Notes under the pieces: generated by a model | Told to the model about the DNA's origin: nothing | Database searches by the model: none | What the model saw: the letters and a program-made list of their open reading frames with translations, nothing else | Shown here: one piece after another, positions 8,863 to 19,128 of the stretch | Numbering within the stretch: position 1 is the first letter of the stretch | How the letters are laid out: each line of letters opens with the position of its first letter | Position numbers and translations under genes: made by a program | Assembly (NCBI GenBank): GCA_964639215.1 | Contig: CAZXCV010000006.1 | Coordinates: 410-64,409 of the forward strand | Length of the DNA: 64,000 nt | Source: an uncultured Staphylococcaceae bacterium | GTDB taxonomy: Bacteria; Bacillota_I; Bacilli_A; RFN20; CAG-826 | Direction: 5' to 3'

Positions 8863-10272
8863 TTAAGCGAGCGGAACTTCTTCTTCAGGCGAACTAGTAA
8901 CAACGACTGGTTCGCTTTTTGTTTCTAATTGTTTATTGCTCTTAACATAAGCATAGCCAACTAAGAAAACGACTAAGAGACTATACAAATCAGAAAAATG
9001 TGGTAGCTTATAAATTCGTTGCCCTTCGCGAACAAATGGTGCGTACTCATAATGGAAAAGCGATACAACCGCGTATGTCAAAGCAAACAAAATGACAAGC
9101 ATCTTTAAATGGTGGGCATCCTGACTATTTTTGTAGTAGCGAATTAATGTATACCCGCTAAAACCCATAAAGGCAAGATAGCCAAAGGCGGCAAAATAGC
9201 CACCTTGATAGAGCGAATCAAACACAGCGCTCCCTGTTGATTCCATAAATCGATTGCCAATGATGATGGGGTGGAGTCCACCAAATGGGTGATTTATCGA
9301 CGCCTGGATAACTTCGGCATAACTGACGACGATACTATTACCAAAAACACGATTTAAAATCGCATTATTAGTTACGAGATTGACAAAAAACGGAACCTCA
9401 AACGCATAAAGTAACAGTGAAACTGCCGCCAGAGAAAAGATTCCCATAGCAACATAAAGGCCATAATTCAATATTTTGAGCCAGCGTTTATCACGAGGAT
9501 AAAACTTAACCATTAAAGCGACAATGATGGCTGGAATGAGAAATTTGATTGCTGAAAAATATGGTAGAAATATAATCGCGATTAATCCGATGCCGCCAGA
9601 TACGATCCAAAAATAGTCAAACGTTGATATTTTTTTAAACGGTATAAAAAGTAGGCCTAATAGGAGTGGTGCGAGGATGATCGCATTATTCACGAAAAAG
9701 GCCGTCGTCACTTCTTTAAATTCAAATCCGAATAACCATTTCGCTTCATTTGAAATCATGTAGGCTTCGCCATCAAAATAAAGTGCCTGTCCAGTAAATC
9801 GTGTCACATAGAAAAATGTGTAGCGCCACATTGTATAAATTAAGGAAATGGCTAATACCGCGGCAATACCGGCAAATATTGTCGCGAGGGCTTTTTCAAT
9901 TTTAAATTCCTGTTCGTAAGCCATGGCGATGCCGATTAATACGAATGAGAAAAACGATAAAATCATCGCAAGATTATCAATGAACGTTTGTAAGATAAAA
10001 TATAGTGGTGAAAAGGCCATGAAGAGGCTATAAGCCGCTAATGGTAGCAAAAGCACCAATCCGACATTAAGCCAATCTTCCTTTTTGTATTGCAGTAAAA
10101 CAAGCGGAAACAGTGCCAGAGCAAAGATGATTGAAAGATAGCGGAAAAGCATTCCAAAGTTAGCTAAATTGAGACTTGTAAATAAGAGTAATTCAAGGGC
10201 AAGAAACGCAAGGAGCGAGCCATATTTATGACGGTATTTTTCTAAGATTGTTCGATTCATTACCAATAACAT
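8863..10272 (-). CDS. Polytopic membrane protein, O-antigen ligase/Wzy-like oligosaccharide polymerase candidate
   Basis: 469 aa with at least 10 predicted TM helices and a larger loop in the C-terminal half. Last gene of the patatin operon. Ends 3 nt from the convergent lipoprotein gene. Confidence 0.3.
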   Translation of the reverse strand: MLLVMNRTILEKYRHKYGSLLAFLALELLLFTSLNLANFGMLFRYLSIIFALALFPLVLLQYKKEDWLNVGLVLLLPLAAYSLFMAFSPLYFILQTFIDNLAMILSFFSFVLIGIAMAYEQEFKIEKALATIFAGIAAVLAISLIYTMWRYTFFYVTRFTGQALYFDGEAYMISNEAKWLFGFEFKEVTTAFFVNNAIILAPLLLGLLFIPFKKISTFDYFWIVSGGIGLIAIIFLPYFSAIKFLIPAIIVALMVKFYPRDKRWLKILNYGLYVAMGIFSLAAVSLLLYAFEVPFFVNLVTNNAILNRVFGNSIVVSYAEVIQASINHPFGGLHPIIIGNRFMESTGSAVFDSLYQGGYFAAFGYLAFMGFSGYTLIRYYKNSQDAHHLKMLVILFALTYAVVSLFHYEYAPFVREGQRIYKLPHFSDLYSLLVVFLVGYAYVKSNKQLETKSEPVVVTSSPEEEVPLA

Positions 10273-11222
10273 CCTTTTTCCACTTTTTCAGCACCTTGAG
10301 GCTTAGTGACTGGGCGTGTCCAGGAACTCGTGACATAACGCGTCACGTGCTGGCGTTTTTCCCATCTTTTTCCCATTATACCAAATAATAATTGGGTCGC
10401 CCCTCCAGTTTGTATCGCTTGTTTATTTAAACTCTTAATAAACCAACATAAATGCGTTCCATAAGCACCAGCTCCAATGAGGGCAACATCAAATTCATGT
10501 TTGACGATTTCAACCTTCAAATAATCGAGCGCTTCAAACCAATTGTGGAAGCGTTCATCGTACTGGTTACCAATTGTTTGCACAGCTTCAATGGTTATTA
10601 AGGTAAACTCTGGTAACACGGTTTCATTTTGTATAATTGCGCGACGATTCGCGTATTGTTGTTCAATTAATTGTGCAAATGGTGAGATGACAAGGACTCG
10701 TTTCCCCTTTAATGCCGAGGTCCAATCGCCCATTAGTGGCTCAAAGGCATTGTATTGAATGACTTTGGCATGCGGAATATATTTACGATAAAAATAATCT
10801 TCCATATGAATGCCGGAGATACCTAAAATATCGGTTTTTGGTAGTTCTTTGAGATAATGGGAGCAGTAGTAATTTAGATTGGCATCGGTGGTTGGAAAAA
10901 AGCCGGCATTGTTTTTCATTGAATATTTGACGAGTTTCTTATAATCGTGACGCCATCCAAATTGAATCTTCTCATAATTATTGAGACAGCTCATTTCCGT
11001 CGCTCCAAAGCGAATGGCGGCAAAAGGAATGCCGCTTTGGATGGCGTGTTTCAAGATTTCATTGCTATGTTCTTGCGTAATTCCCACGATGCCAACAAAC
11101 CGTTCGACACCTTTTTTTCGATGGAAGAGTTTCCAAAGCAAAACAAACCATGCATTTTTCAAAAAATAAGCAAAATAAGTTATTTTTTTACGATAAGGTA
11201 CTAGCGCTGCCATACTATGCAA
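10260..11222 (-). CDS. Hypothetical protein, possibly a GT-D/DUF1792-like glycosyltransferase
   Basis: 320 aa soluble protein, translationally coupled on both sides (8 nt and 13 nt overlaps). The family assignment is a guess from vague recollection. Confidence 0.25.
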   Translation of the reverse strand: MHSMAALVPYRKKITYFAYFLKNAWFVLLWKLFHRKKGVERFVGIVGITQEHSNEILKHAIQSGIPFAAIRFGATEMSCLNNYEKIQFGWRHDYKKLVKYSMKNNAGFFPTTDANLNYYCSHYLKELPKTDILGISGIHMEDYFYRKYIPHAKVIQYNAFEPLMGDWTSALKGKRVLVISPFAQLIEQQYANRRAIIQNETVLPEFTLITIEAVQTIGNQYDERFHNWFEALDYLKVEIVKHEFDVALIGAGAYGTHLCWFIKSLNKQAIQTGGATQLLFGIMGKRWEKRQHVTRYVTSSWTRPVTKPQGAEKVEKGCYW

Positions 11223-12435
11223 TCAGTCGATAAAAAATTGCCGCAAAATAAAGCTCTGGATAATGCGCGGCTAACATGTCTTTGGTTGCTTCAGGTAATT
11301 CTAATTTTTCTTTAGCGATTTGTTTAATCATCCCAAATCGCATCGCTGTCTTCATTTTTAATAATCGGAATTGTTGCTCACCTGGTCGTTTCGATAACCA
11401 ATTCGTATGATGTTGGTTTCCACTAATCGATTGTTCGATTTCTTGACGCATGCTTGGTATCTCATAAATTTTTAATGGGTCAAGATCAACGGCTTCAGCG
11501 ATAACTTCCAAAAACCGCAAATACTTTGTGCGCTCTGTCATTGTTTCATGAATTTTACTCGTTAAGAAGAAATTAAGATCCTCACTTCCGGTCCGTTCGA
11601 TAATTTTGATCACTCGAGCGGCTTCATTATCAAATGCGTTGCTAATCTTAAACGTGTACTTATAGCCGAGAAATTTCCCGAATTTTTTCATCGTGTCCAA
11701 ATAACCTAAGCGCATGTTACGAGCCATCACATCGCTACGAATCATCAAAAATGGTCCTAGATGATGATAGCTGCGGATATATGTAACGTTTGATTTATCG
11801 AGATGTTCGGGATGACTATATTGGGTGGTATTTAAGTCGACAGCAATCACGTGATCAGCGCCCAAGCGAAAGGCAAAATCGATAGGTAGTCGATCATGAT
11901 AGGCACCATCAATATATTGTTCCTCGCCAATTGTCGTCACAGGGAAAGCCGGATAACAACTAGCGCTTGCCAGCAAATAATCGGCAATTTCTTCTTTTCG
12001 TATTTTTTTAATGTCGATATCTTTTCCAACCATTTTTGGGTATGTGGCGACGGTCACGCCGAATGCGATTGGCGAAGCCAAGAGTTTCTCGACATCGAGA
12101 CATTCAGCAATTAGGGTTTTGAATGGGCTAATATCAATCCCACGGTTTTTTATGTATGAAGTGATGAATTTAAACAATTCTTTCTTATCGCTTCGTAATA
12201 TCTCGTCAAGGTCAAGGTTAATCCCATGCTTCATGACTTTTTTTAGTTCAAGATTGTGCCACAAACGTTCAAGCATCGGTAAATCGCCTGTCGTCATGAT
12301 TGCACCATTCAACGCTCCAATCGAAGCGCCCGTTATGATATGATATGGAATTTTTAATTCCTTAATTGCTTGAAAGAAACCAACCTGATATGCTCCTTTG
12401 GAGCCACCGCTACCAAGTGCTAATCCAAGTTTCAT
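11215..12435 (-). CDS. Patatin-like phospholipase with a roughly 150 aa C-terminal extension
   Basis: Oxyanion motif GSGGSKGAYQVG, nucleophile elbow GASIGA, catalytic Asp in IDGAY. Confidence 0.75.
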   Translation of the reverse strand: MKLGLALGSGGSKGAYQVGFFQAIKELKIPYHIITGASIGALNGAIMTTGDLPMLERLWHNLELKKVMKHGINLDLDEILRSDKKELFKFITSYIKNRGIDISPFKTLIAECLDVEKLLASPIAFGVTVATYPKMVGKDIDIKKIRKEEIADYLLASASCYPAFPVTTIGEEQYIDGAYHDRLPIDFAFRLGADHVIAVDLNTTQYSHPEHLDKSNVTYIRSYHHLGPFLMIRSDVMARNMRLGYLDTMKKFGKFLGYKYTFKISNAFDNEAARVIKIIERTGSEDLNFFLTSKIHETMTERTKYLRFLEVIAEAVDLDPLKIYEIPSMRQEIEQSISGNQHHTNWLSKRPGEQQFRLLKMKTAMRFGMIKQIAKEKLELPEATKDMLAAHYPELYFAAIFYRLIA

Positions 12436-13721
12436 TGCTCTGCCCCCTGCTTTATTAAATTAATAAATTTACTCTGAATCAATAATAACATGACATACGT
12501 AAGGATGTATTTGGATTTATAAGAAATCCAATTCGTGATGTCTCGACCATGGAATTGCGTCTCAAGAACATATTTAAGTGCGTTGATAGCCCCGAGTTCT
12601 TCTTCATCCGTTAATGTTTGTCGTTCTTTAATTTTTCTCAATAGTGAGACAACATCGCGAGTAACGAATGTTGCATCAATCATGTCATAGATTAGTTGCG
12701 TGATTTTCGAGATTTCATAAATTGGTTCTGGACTAATTTTTAATGTTTCGGCAATCACTTCTAACCCACGGAGAAATAAATGTCCATCTGGAATCCTTCC
12801 TTTAGTGTGCCTTTTCAATAATCTGAGGATGCCGCCTAATTGAGATGGATATTTATCCTTAATCATTTGAAGTAATTGGATTTCGAGATCGGCAAGATTA
12901 GGTGTTGGTTTGAACGTGTAGCGATATCCAATCATCGGCCCGATTTTTTTCATCGTGTCGTTATATCCGAGTGAACGGTTTCTGTCAATCATCGCTTGAT
13001 CAAAATTGAACGGAGCCCCGAGATTCCACGAAGGTTCAACGTTAATGACATCCTGGCGACGATTCAATAATGGATGCCATGTGATTTTATAAAATAGATT
13101 AACGGCAATGACTTGCTGTGCCCCCAGTTTAAAAGCAAATCGAATTGGCAAAGTGTCTTTATATCCTCCGTCAATGTACGTTTTCTTTTTGATTGTTCGG
13201 ACAGGAAATAACGGCCAGATTGCACTGCTGGCAAATAGCCAATCATAAACATCTTCATCATCAACATTACGCATCTCAATATTTCGTTGAACGAAAAATG
13301 GTAATTCAACAGCTACGATTCCAAATCGTGGCGTCGTGTTTTTAATTTCTTCAGGGCTGATGCTTGACTTGATTAATTCGATAAATGGTGTGATATCAGC
13401 GCCACGGTTTTTTATATATCTTTTTGTAAAAGTAATGATTTTTTGCCGGTCTTTTTGAAATGTTTTACGCAACTGCACCCAGTCAAAATTCAACCCGTCC
13501 TTCATAACTTTTTCGGGTGAAACATCTTGCCATAACGAGTGCGCAACCTCATATTTGTTTGCCGCCATAAACGCCCCAATCAATGCGCCGATTGAGGTAC
13601 CGGTAATCACATCTGGTTGAATCTTGAGGTCGCGCAAAGCTGTCCATACGCCCATTTCATATGAGCCGAGTGACCCGCCACCACCAAGTGCGATACCGAT
13701 TGTTTTTTTAATATCAACCAT
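12432..13721 (-). CDS. Patatin-like phospholipase (paralog of the downstream gene)
   Basis: GGGGSLGSYEMG, GTSIGA, IDGGY. ATGA overlap with the downstream patatin gene. Confidence 0.75.
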   Translation of the reverse strand: MVDIKKTIGIALGGGGSLGSYEMGVWTALRDLKIQPDVITGTSIGALIGAFMAANKYEVAHSLWQDVSPEKVMKDGLNFDWVQLRKTFQKDRQKIITFTKRYIKNRGADITPFIELIKSSISPEEIKNTTPRFGIVAVELPFFVQRNIEMRNVDDEDVYDWLFASSAIWPLFPVRTIKKKTYIDGGYKDTLPIRFAFKLGAQQVIAVNLFYKITWHPLLNRRQDVINVEPSWNLGAPFNFDQAMIDRNRSLGYNDTMKKIGPMIGYRYTFKPTPNLADLEIQLLQMIKDKYPSQLGGILRLLKRHTKGRIPDGHLFLRGLEVIAETLKISPEPIYEISKITQLIYDMIDATFVTRDVVSLLRKIKERQTLTDEEELGAINALKYVLETQFHGRDITNWISYKSKYILTYVMLLLIQSKFINLIKQGAEQ

Positions 13722-13785
13722 TGATTTATTATATCACCTATCTCCGAAATCTCCTGATGGTATAATGTCATAAAAGGGATAAATT

Positions 13786-15156
13786 ATGGATATTAAAGCA
13801 TTAGTAGCAAACCAACGAACTTACTTCAATCGACATGAGACATTTGACATTGCCTTTCGACGATCAATATTGTTAAGGCTTCGATCTCAAATCAAACTTC
13901 TCGAGGAAGAAATTAAAGATGCCCTTAAAATTGACTTAGGTAAGAGCCCAGAAGAAGCCTACCTCGCGGAAATCGGTATGGTCTATGAAGAAATAAGATT
14001 CATGCTCAAGCATATAAATAGATATGCGCGTGATGTTCGAGTCAAAACACCACTAGTCCATTTCATGGGAAAGAGCTTTCGACGTCCAGTACCTTTTGGT
14101 ACCGTCTTGATTATGAGTCCTTGGAATTATCCTTTTTTACTTGCCATGAGTCCAACCATTGATGCACTTGCAGCAGGAAATACCGTCATCATCAAACCAG
14201 GCTCATATGCCACAGCGACAGGACAAATTATCAAGAAACTGATTGAAACGACTTTTAATTCCGAATATGTCGCCGTCGTTCTCGGTGGTCGTGATGAGAA
14301 TCAAGCGCTTCTTGATCAAAAATTTGATTATATATTCTTTACTGGCTCAACTAGTGTTGGTCAATATGTCATGGAAAAAGCATCGAAACATTTAACCCCA
14401 GTAACCTTAGAGCTTGGCGGCAAATCGCCAGCGATTATCGATGTCAGTGCCAATCTACCTATTGCTGCCCGAAGAATCGTATTCGGCAAATTAATCAACT
14501 GTGGTCAAACGTGCATCGCGCCAGACTATCTCATCGTGCATCATTCGATTAAACAACAGTTGATCGAATTGCTGATCAATGAAATCAAAACTCAATATGG
14601 TGAAGATTCCTTAGAAGAAGGACGCTACGGCAAAATTATTAACCAAAAACATTATGATCGCCTCGTGTCTATCTTTAAAGATGAATCGTTGGCTTTTGGT
14701 GGTGGCACAAATCTTGAAAAATTAAAGATTGAACCAACGATTCTGGCGGAAGCCACGCTGAGCTCACCTGCGATGAATGAAGAACTATTCGGACCAATCA
14801 TCCCAATTCTGACCTTCAACACAACAGCGGATATTTTTGAGATTATCAATGCTCATCCAACACCACTAGCACTATATTTATTTGCAAATAATCGTCAAAT
14901 GGAAAATGAAATCATGACTTACATTCCATTTGGTGGTGGTTGCATTAACGACACAATCGTTCATATTGCCACAGCCCAAATGCCCTTTGGGGGGATTGGC
15001 GCTTCGGGGATGGGATCATATCATGGAAGACAAGGTTTTATGACTTTTAGTCACTATAAAAGCATCCATAAAAAAGCAAATCACCCCGATCTTCCTATTA
15101 GGTATCAACCATATACGAGCTTTAAACAAAAAATCATAAAAAGATTCTTAAAATAA
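13786..15156 (+). CDS. Aldehyde dehydrogenase (class 3-type, NAD(P)+)
   Basis: 456 aa. ELGGKSP and catalytic Cys in NCGQTCIAPDY. Confidence 0.8.
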   Translation: MDIKALVANQRTYFNRHETFDIAFRRSILLRLRSQIKLLEEEIKDALKIDLGKSPEEAYLAEIGMVYEEIRFMLKHINRYARDVRVKTPLVHFMGKSFRRPVPFGTVLIMSPWNYPFLLAMSPTIDALAAGNTVIIKPGSYATATGQIIKKLIETTFNSEYVAVVLGGRDENQALLDQKFDYIFFTGSTSVGQYVMEKASKHLTPVTLELGGKSPAIIDVSANLPIAARRIVFGKLINCGQTCIAPDYLIVHHSIKQQLIELLINEIKTQYGEDSLEEGRYGKIINQKHYDRLVSIFKDESLAFGGGTNLEKLKIEPTILAEATLSSPAMNEELFGPIIPILTFNTTADIFEIINAHPTPLALYLFANNRQMENEIMTYIPFGGGCINDTIVHIATAQMPFGGIGASGMGSYHGRQGFMTFSHYKSIHKKANHPDLPIRYQPYTSFKQKIIKRFLK

Positions 15157-15238
15157 CACACTCAAAAATTAAGTGGCTTTTTGCTATTGTTTTTCAGTCA
15201 CAGTGCTATAATGTTTTTATAAGAAAAGGAGAGCATCA

Positions 15239-15475
15239 ATGAAATCTTTTATTAAAACATTCGACGAACTTCCATTTATTCTCAAAGTTATCTTCGCCTT
15301 GCCCGGTCTTGACTTCCTCTGGGGTATCTATCGTTTACTAAAAGGGCTTGACAAAAAGAATACCGTTCTCATTATCGTCGGTATTTTATGGATCTTGCTC
15401 GGTTGGGGTATTCTCTGGATTATTGACCTCATCACCATCATTCTTAATAAGAAGCCAACCATCCTCGTTGACTAA
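15239..15475 (+). CDS. Small membrane protein (2 TM), unknown
   Basis: 78 aa, strong RBS AAAGGAGAG upstream, followed by a terminator. Confidence 0.4.
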   Translation: MKSFIKTFDELPFILKVIFALPGLDFLWGIYRLLKGLDKKNTVLIIVGILWILLGWGILWIIDLITIILNKKPTILVD

Positions 15476-15489
15476 TCACAAATTGATGA

Positions 15490-15524
15490 CAACAAAAAAC
15501 GCCGTATTGTTACGGCGTTTTTCT
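15490..15524. terminator. Bidirectional rho-independent terminator
   Basis: AAAAAACGCCGTA-TTGT-TACGGCGTTTTTCTT: GC-rich stem with A-run and T-run flanks. Lies between convergent genes. Confidence 0.7.
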
Positions 15525-16747
15525 TATTCAGTTATGACTTTTATTTTCCTAAATTTGGCATGGGCAAGAATTCCATGAGCATCAATGAATTTCACCCTTC
15601 CTTCAATTAAAGGTTCGAGATAAGCACGCATTAATTGACCCTCTCCGTGGACATCCTTCATTAATTCGGCGCTCATCTTCCGTTCGACATTGGCAATATG
15701 TCGGAGATTTTTCATTAAGTAGCGAACTTTATAGTTGGTTCCCGGCACACGAGCGATAATGACCATGCTGTTAGTTTTACCTCGAACAACTTGGCGAACC
15801 GCTGTTTGCGAAACGCGAATCGCTTCGATATGATCGGCACGACTAATAAATGAGGATGCCGCCCGTTGCATTAAACTAAATTCGATTGCGCGAACGGGAA
15901 ATCCTAATTTTTCCTTTATTTGATCACCGAGAATATTAGCGATGCCACCTAACTGCGCGTGATTAAATGAGTCCACAGTGGCGAATGCTGACGAAAGAAA
16001 CGGAGCAACTCCCTCTGAGATGACGATAAATGCCTTCTTTTTGGTCGCATATAATTCCTTGATATCTTCGAGAAATTTATCAAGATGAAAGCTTTCTTCG
16101 GGTAGATAAATTCGGTCCGCTTTTAAATCTGGTGGTAATAGTGCGGCCGAAGCGGTAAGCCAGCCAGCGTTACGACCCATGACTTCAACAATTGCAATTT
16201 TCCCCTTGTTGTAGCACATGTTATCAATCGCGATGTCTTGAAGCGATTGAATAACATATTTTGCGGCACTGGGATAACCGAGGCAGTGATCGGTGTAATT
16301 TAAATCATTGTCGATTGTTTTAGGAATACCGATGACCGCGCAATCATAATCAGCTTTCTTCATGAATTGTGACAATTTATGGCAAGTATCCATGGAATCG
16401 TTGCCACCATTGACGAGTAAGTAGCCAATCGCATGTTTTTTTAATGTTGTGAGTATCTTATAGTAATCGGGATGCCCTAAATCATCGCTTAACTTATAAC
16501 GCGTCGTTCCCAAAATAGCCCCAGGTGTTTGTTTTAACAATTCAACATCTTGCTCATCCTCTTGACGTAAATCAATGAGGTTGTCGTTAATAACGCCTTC
16601 AATGCCAAATAAACTACCATATATTCCGGCAACAGCTGCTTGGCGTTTTGCTTCTTTGATGACGCCATAAAGCGATGTATTGATGACAGGTGTTGGTCCG
16701 CCCGATTGAAAGTACAATAATGACTTCATATCTAACTCTCTTTCCAT
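15524..16747 (-). CDS. 6-phosphofructokinase, 400 aa-class (pyrophosphate-dependent-type family)
   Basis: PFK family N-terminus GGPTPVINTSLYG, GIPKTIDNDL and MGR motifs. Likely start is MKSLLYF at 16729. Confidence 0.7.
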   Translation of the reverse strand: MERELDMKSLLYFQSGGPTPVINTSLYGVIKEAKRQAAVAGIYGSLFGIEGVINDNLIDLRQEDEQDVELLKQTPGAILGTTRYKLSDDLGHPDYYKILTTLKKHAIGYLLVNGGNDSMDTCHKLSQFMKKADYDCAVIGIPKTIDNDLNYTDHCLGYPSAAKYVIQSLQDIAIDNMCYNKGKIAIVEVMGRNAGWLTASAALLPPDLKADRIYLPEESFHLDKFLEDIKELYATKKKAFIVISEGVAPFLSSAFATVDSFNHAQLGGIANILGDQIKEKLGFPVRAIEFSLMQRAASSFISRADHIEAIRVSQTAVRQVVRGKTNSMVIIARVPGTNYKVRYLMKNLRHIANVERKMSAELMKDVHGEGQLMRAYLEPLIEGRVKFIDAHGILAHAKFRKIKVITE

Positions 16748-16805
16748 ACAAAAATCAGGTTAAATTATATACTAAGATGAAGATTTAATAAACAATTTTA
16801 AGGAT

Positions 16806-18443
16806 TTAATCCTTAATAATAAGGGCTCGATATGGTGCAATTTTCTTAATTTCGATGACTTCATCTGTTTTAAAATTGGCGATGAGCACTCGACCTTTCA
16901 CTGCTTTTTTTAATTGATGAGACTGTGCTGAGAGATTAATTAAAATGTGAAGTTTTGTATTTACGTCTTGTCGTGTGAATGCTAATAACTCACGGCCTTG
17001 ATTAGTGAAACTAATCGTACCAAGCTGTAGTGCGTGTTCCTGATTACGAATCGCTATCAATCTTTGATAATAATGGTAAATCGAATCTTGATTATCAAGA
17101 TTGTCTTTCACGTTAATGTCAACATAACGTTCATTTACCTTGAGCCATGGTTTTACTGTGCTAAAACCACCATTGGTTTCACCACTCCAAGGCATTGGCG
17201 TCCTCGCATGGTCACGCGAGAAACTCAACACCATCTTCCAGGCTAAAAAATGTGGTAGATGATATTGATTACGCAATATGTGATAAACATTGTGACTTGA
17301 GACATCATCTATTTCATCTATGGAATTAAATGCGCAGTTGACTTGGCCAATTTCTTGTCCTTGATAGATAAATGGGGTTCCTTTTAATGTAAGGATTATC
17401 GTTGCTAGCATCGTCGCACTTTCATAATGGTATCGGGTTGTATTTCCAAAGCGAGACACGCTTCGGGGAATGTCGTGATTCTCAAAAAACAACGTGTTCC
17501 ACGCTAATTCTTTTTGCCACTTTGCTAATGTTTTGACCATTTTAGCGGGGCGATATTTGATTTTGAAAATCGGTAATAACCACTGATCAACGCTCGTATG
17601 ATCAAACTGAAAAACTGTTTCAAGTTGTCCATTCGTATAAGATTGCGCCAATCGGTTATCAAGTCCCACCGTTTCACCAACCGTGTATGCTCCATATCGT
17701 TCCCATACCTGATCATGAAATTGTTTTAAGAGCAAATGGCTCCCTTCTTGTGATAGATAGTGTTCTTTTCCAATCATGAAGAGACGTTTTTTTCCATCAG
17801 CGAGGCTTGATTTATAAATCATGTTGATGACATCACATCGAAAACCAGCGACACCTAAATCAAGCCAAAACTTCATCAATAGTTTTACTTCTTCAATAAC
17901 GCGATGATTATGGTAATTTAAATCTGGTTGTTTGCTTGTAAATAAATGGAGGTAATATAAACCATTACCTTCATGCTTCGTCCAAGCTGGTCCGGTAAAT
18001 TGACTTTGCCAATTATTAGGTGGATACTCTTTTCCACGTCTAATAATACCTTGACGCCAAATGTAATAGTCGTGATAAGGTGAGTTGATATCGACACCTT
18101 GTTGAAACCAATGGTGTTCATCTGAAGTGTGATTGATGACGAGATCCATAATGATTTTTATGTCGCGCTCTTCAGCTTGTCGAAGCAGTTCCTTCATGTC
18201 ATCGAGCGTCCCATAATCAGGATGAATGTCTTGATAATCGGCAATATCATAGCCATTATCGGCGTTTGGTGATTTATAGACAGGCGAGAGCCAGATTGCT
18301 CCGACTCCAAGTTGCTTTAAATAATCGAGTTTGGAAATAATTCCTCTTAAATCTCCAATTCCATCGTTATTTGAATCACAAAAACTGCGGGGATATATTT
18401 GATAAATTACTCGTTGTCGCCACCATTTATTTGTTTGTGTCAT
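16806..18443 (-). CDS. GH13 alpha-glucosidase (oligo-1,6-glucosidase / trehalose-6-P hydrolase-like)
   Basis: 545 aa. QIYPRSF, GVGAIWLSPVYKSP, DLVINHTSDEH, GFRCDVINMI. Confidence 0.8.
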   Translation of the reverse strand: MTQTNKWWRQRVIYQIYPRSFCDSNNDGIGDLRGIISKLDYLKQLGVGAIWLSPVYKSPNADNGYDIADYQDIHPDYGTLDDMKELLRQAEERDIKIIMDLVINHTSDEHHWFQQGVDINSPYHDYYIWRQGIIRRGKEYPPNNWQSQFTGPAWTKHEGNGLYYLHLFTSKQPDLNYHNHRVIEEVKLLMKFWLDLGVAGFRCDVINMIYKSSLADGKKRLFMIGKEHYLSQEGSHLLLKQFHDQVWERYGAYTVGETVGLDNRLAQSYTNGQLETVFQFDHTSVDQWLLPIFKIKYRPAKMVKTLAKWQKELAWNTLFFENHDIPRSVSRFGNTTRYHYESATMLATIILTLKGTPFIYQGQEIGQVNCAFNSIDEIDDVSSHNVYHILRNQYHLPHFLAWKMVLSFSRDHARTPMPWSGETNGGFSTVKPWLKVNERYVDINVKDNLDNQDSIYHYYQRLIAIRNQEHALQLGTISFTNQGRELLAFTRQDVNTKLHILINLSAQSHQLKKAVKGRVLIANFKTDEVIEIKKIAPYRALIIKD

Positions 18444-18542
18444 ATTGCTACCTTTAATTCTATTATGACTAAAAACCGTAAATAGGATAAGTATTTTTTT
18501 AATAATGTTGTAACTACCATCATTAATTTATAGTATTTCTTT

Positions 18543-19055
18543 ATGGAACAATCAATTCGTCTCGCCTATGAGCATGATTTAAGCGATATCATGGGTTATA
18601 TCCGTGACGCTAAAGTATTATTAGCAACGCAAAACTCGGGACAATGGCAAGATCAGCATCCTCGGGAAGACACCATTAAAAACGATATCATCAATCGACA
18701 TTATTATGTGATTGTTCTCAATCACCAAATCGTTGGTGGCTTTGCGCTTCTTGACTATGAAAAAGATTATGAGGAGCTCCTTGAAGGTGCTTGGTTAACA
18801 AGTGGTTTGTATTATGTGATTCACCGCTTTGCCATCCACTCAAAGTTTCGCCATTTGGGTTTAGCAAGCTTCGCCTTACAGTTTATTGAATCACAAGCGC
18901 GCTCACATGGTATTAATGCAATTCGCCTCGATACCCATGAAAAAAACATCCCGATGATTAAGCTTGTCACAAAGTCTGGATATCAACGTGTGGGTGTCGT
19001 GTTATTAACTAATTTCAAGCGACGGATTGCATTTGAGAAAGTTATCAATAAATAG
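18543..19055 (+). CDS. GNAT family N-acetyltransferase
   Basis: 170 aa. Acetyl-CoA binding region RHLGLASFAL. Confidence 0.6.
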   Translation: MEQSIRLAYEHDLSDIMGYIRDAKVLLATQNSGQWQDQHPREDTIKNDIINRHYYVIVLNHQIVGGFALLDYEKDYEELLEGAWLTSGLYYVIHRFAIHSKFRHLGLASFALQFIESQARSHGINAIRLDTHEKNIPMIKLVTKSGYQRVGVVLLTNFKRRIAFEKVINK

Positions 19056-19128
19056 CAACCATAATTTGCTATTTTGACTACTATAATTGCTCGATGTTAA
19101 TATTTGCAAACCATATAATGGATGTATC

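Noticed and set aside
11215-13721. Tandem patatins as a CBASS or other anti-phage effector pair
   Set aside because: No cyclase, no sensor and no mobile-element context. They are co-transcribed with envelope-type genes instead.
15239-15475. 78 aa membrane ORF as a toxin or holin-like element
   Set aside because: No partner gene. It has a strong RBS and terminator but is just a small hydrophobic protein. Annotated only as a hypothetical CDS.
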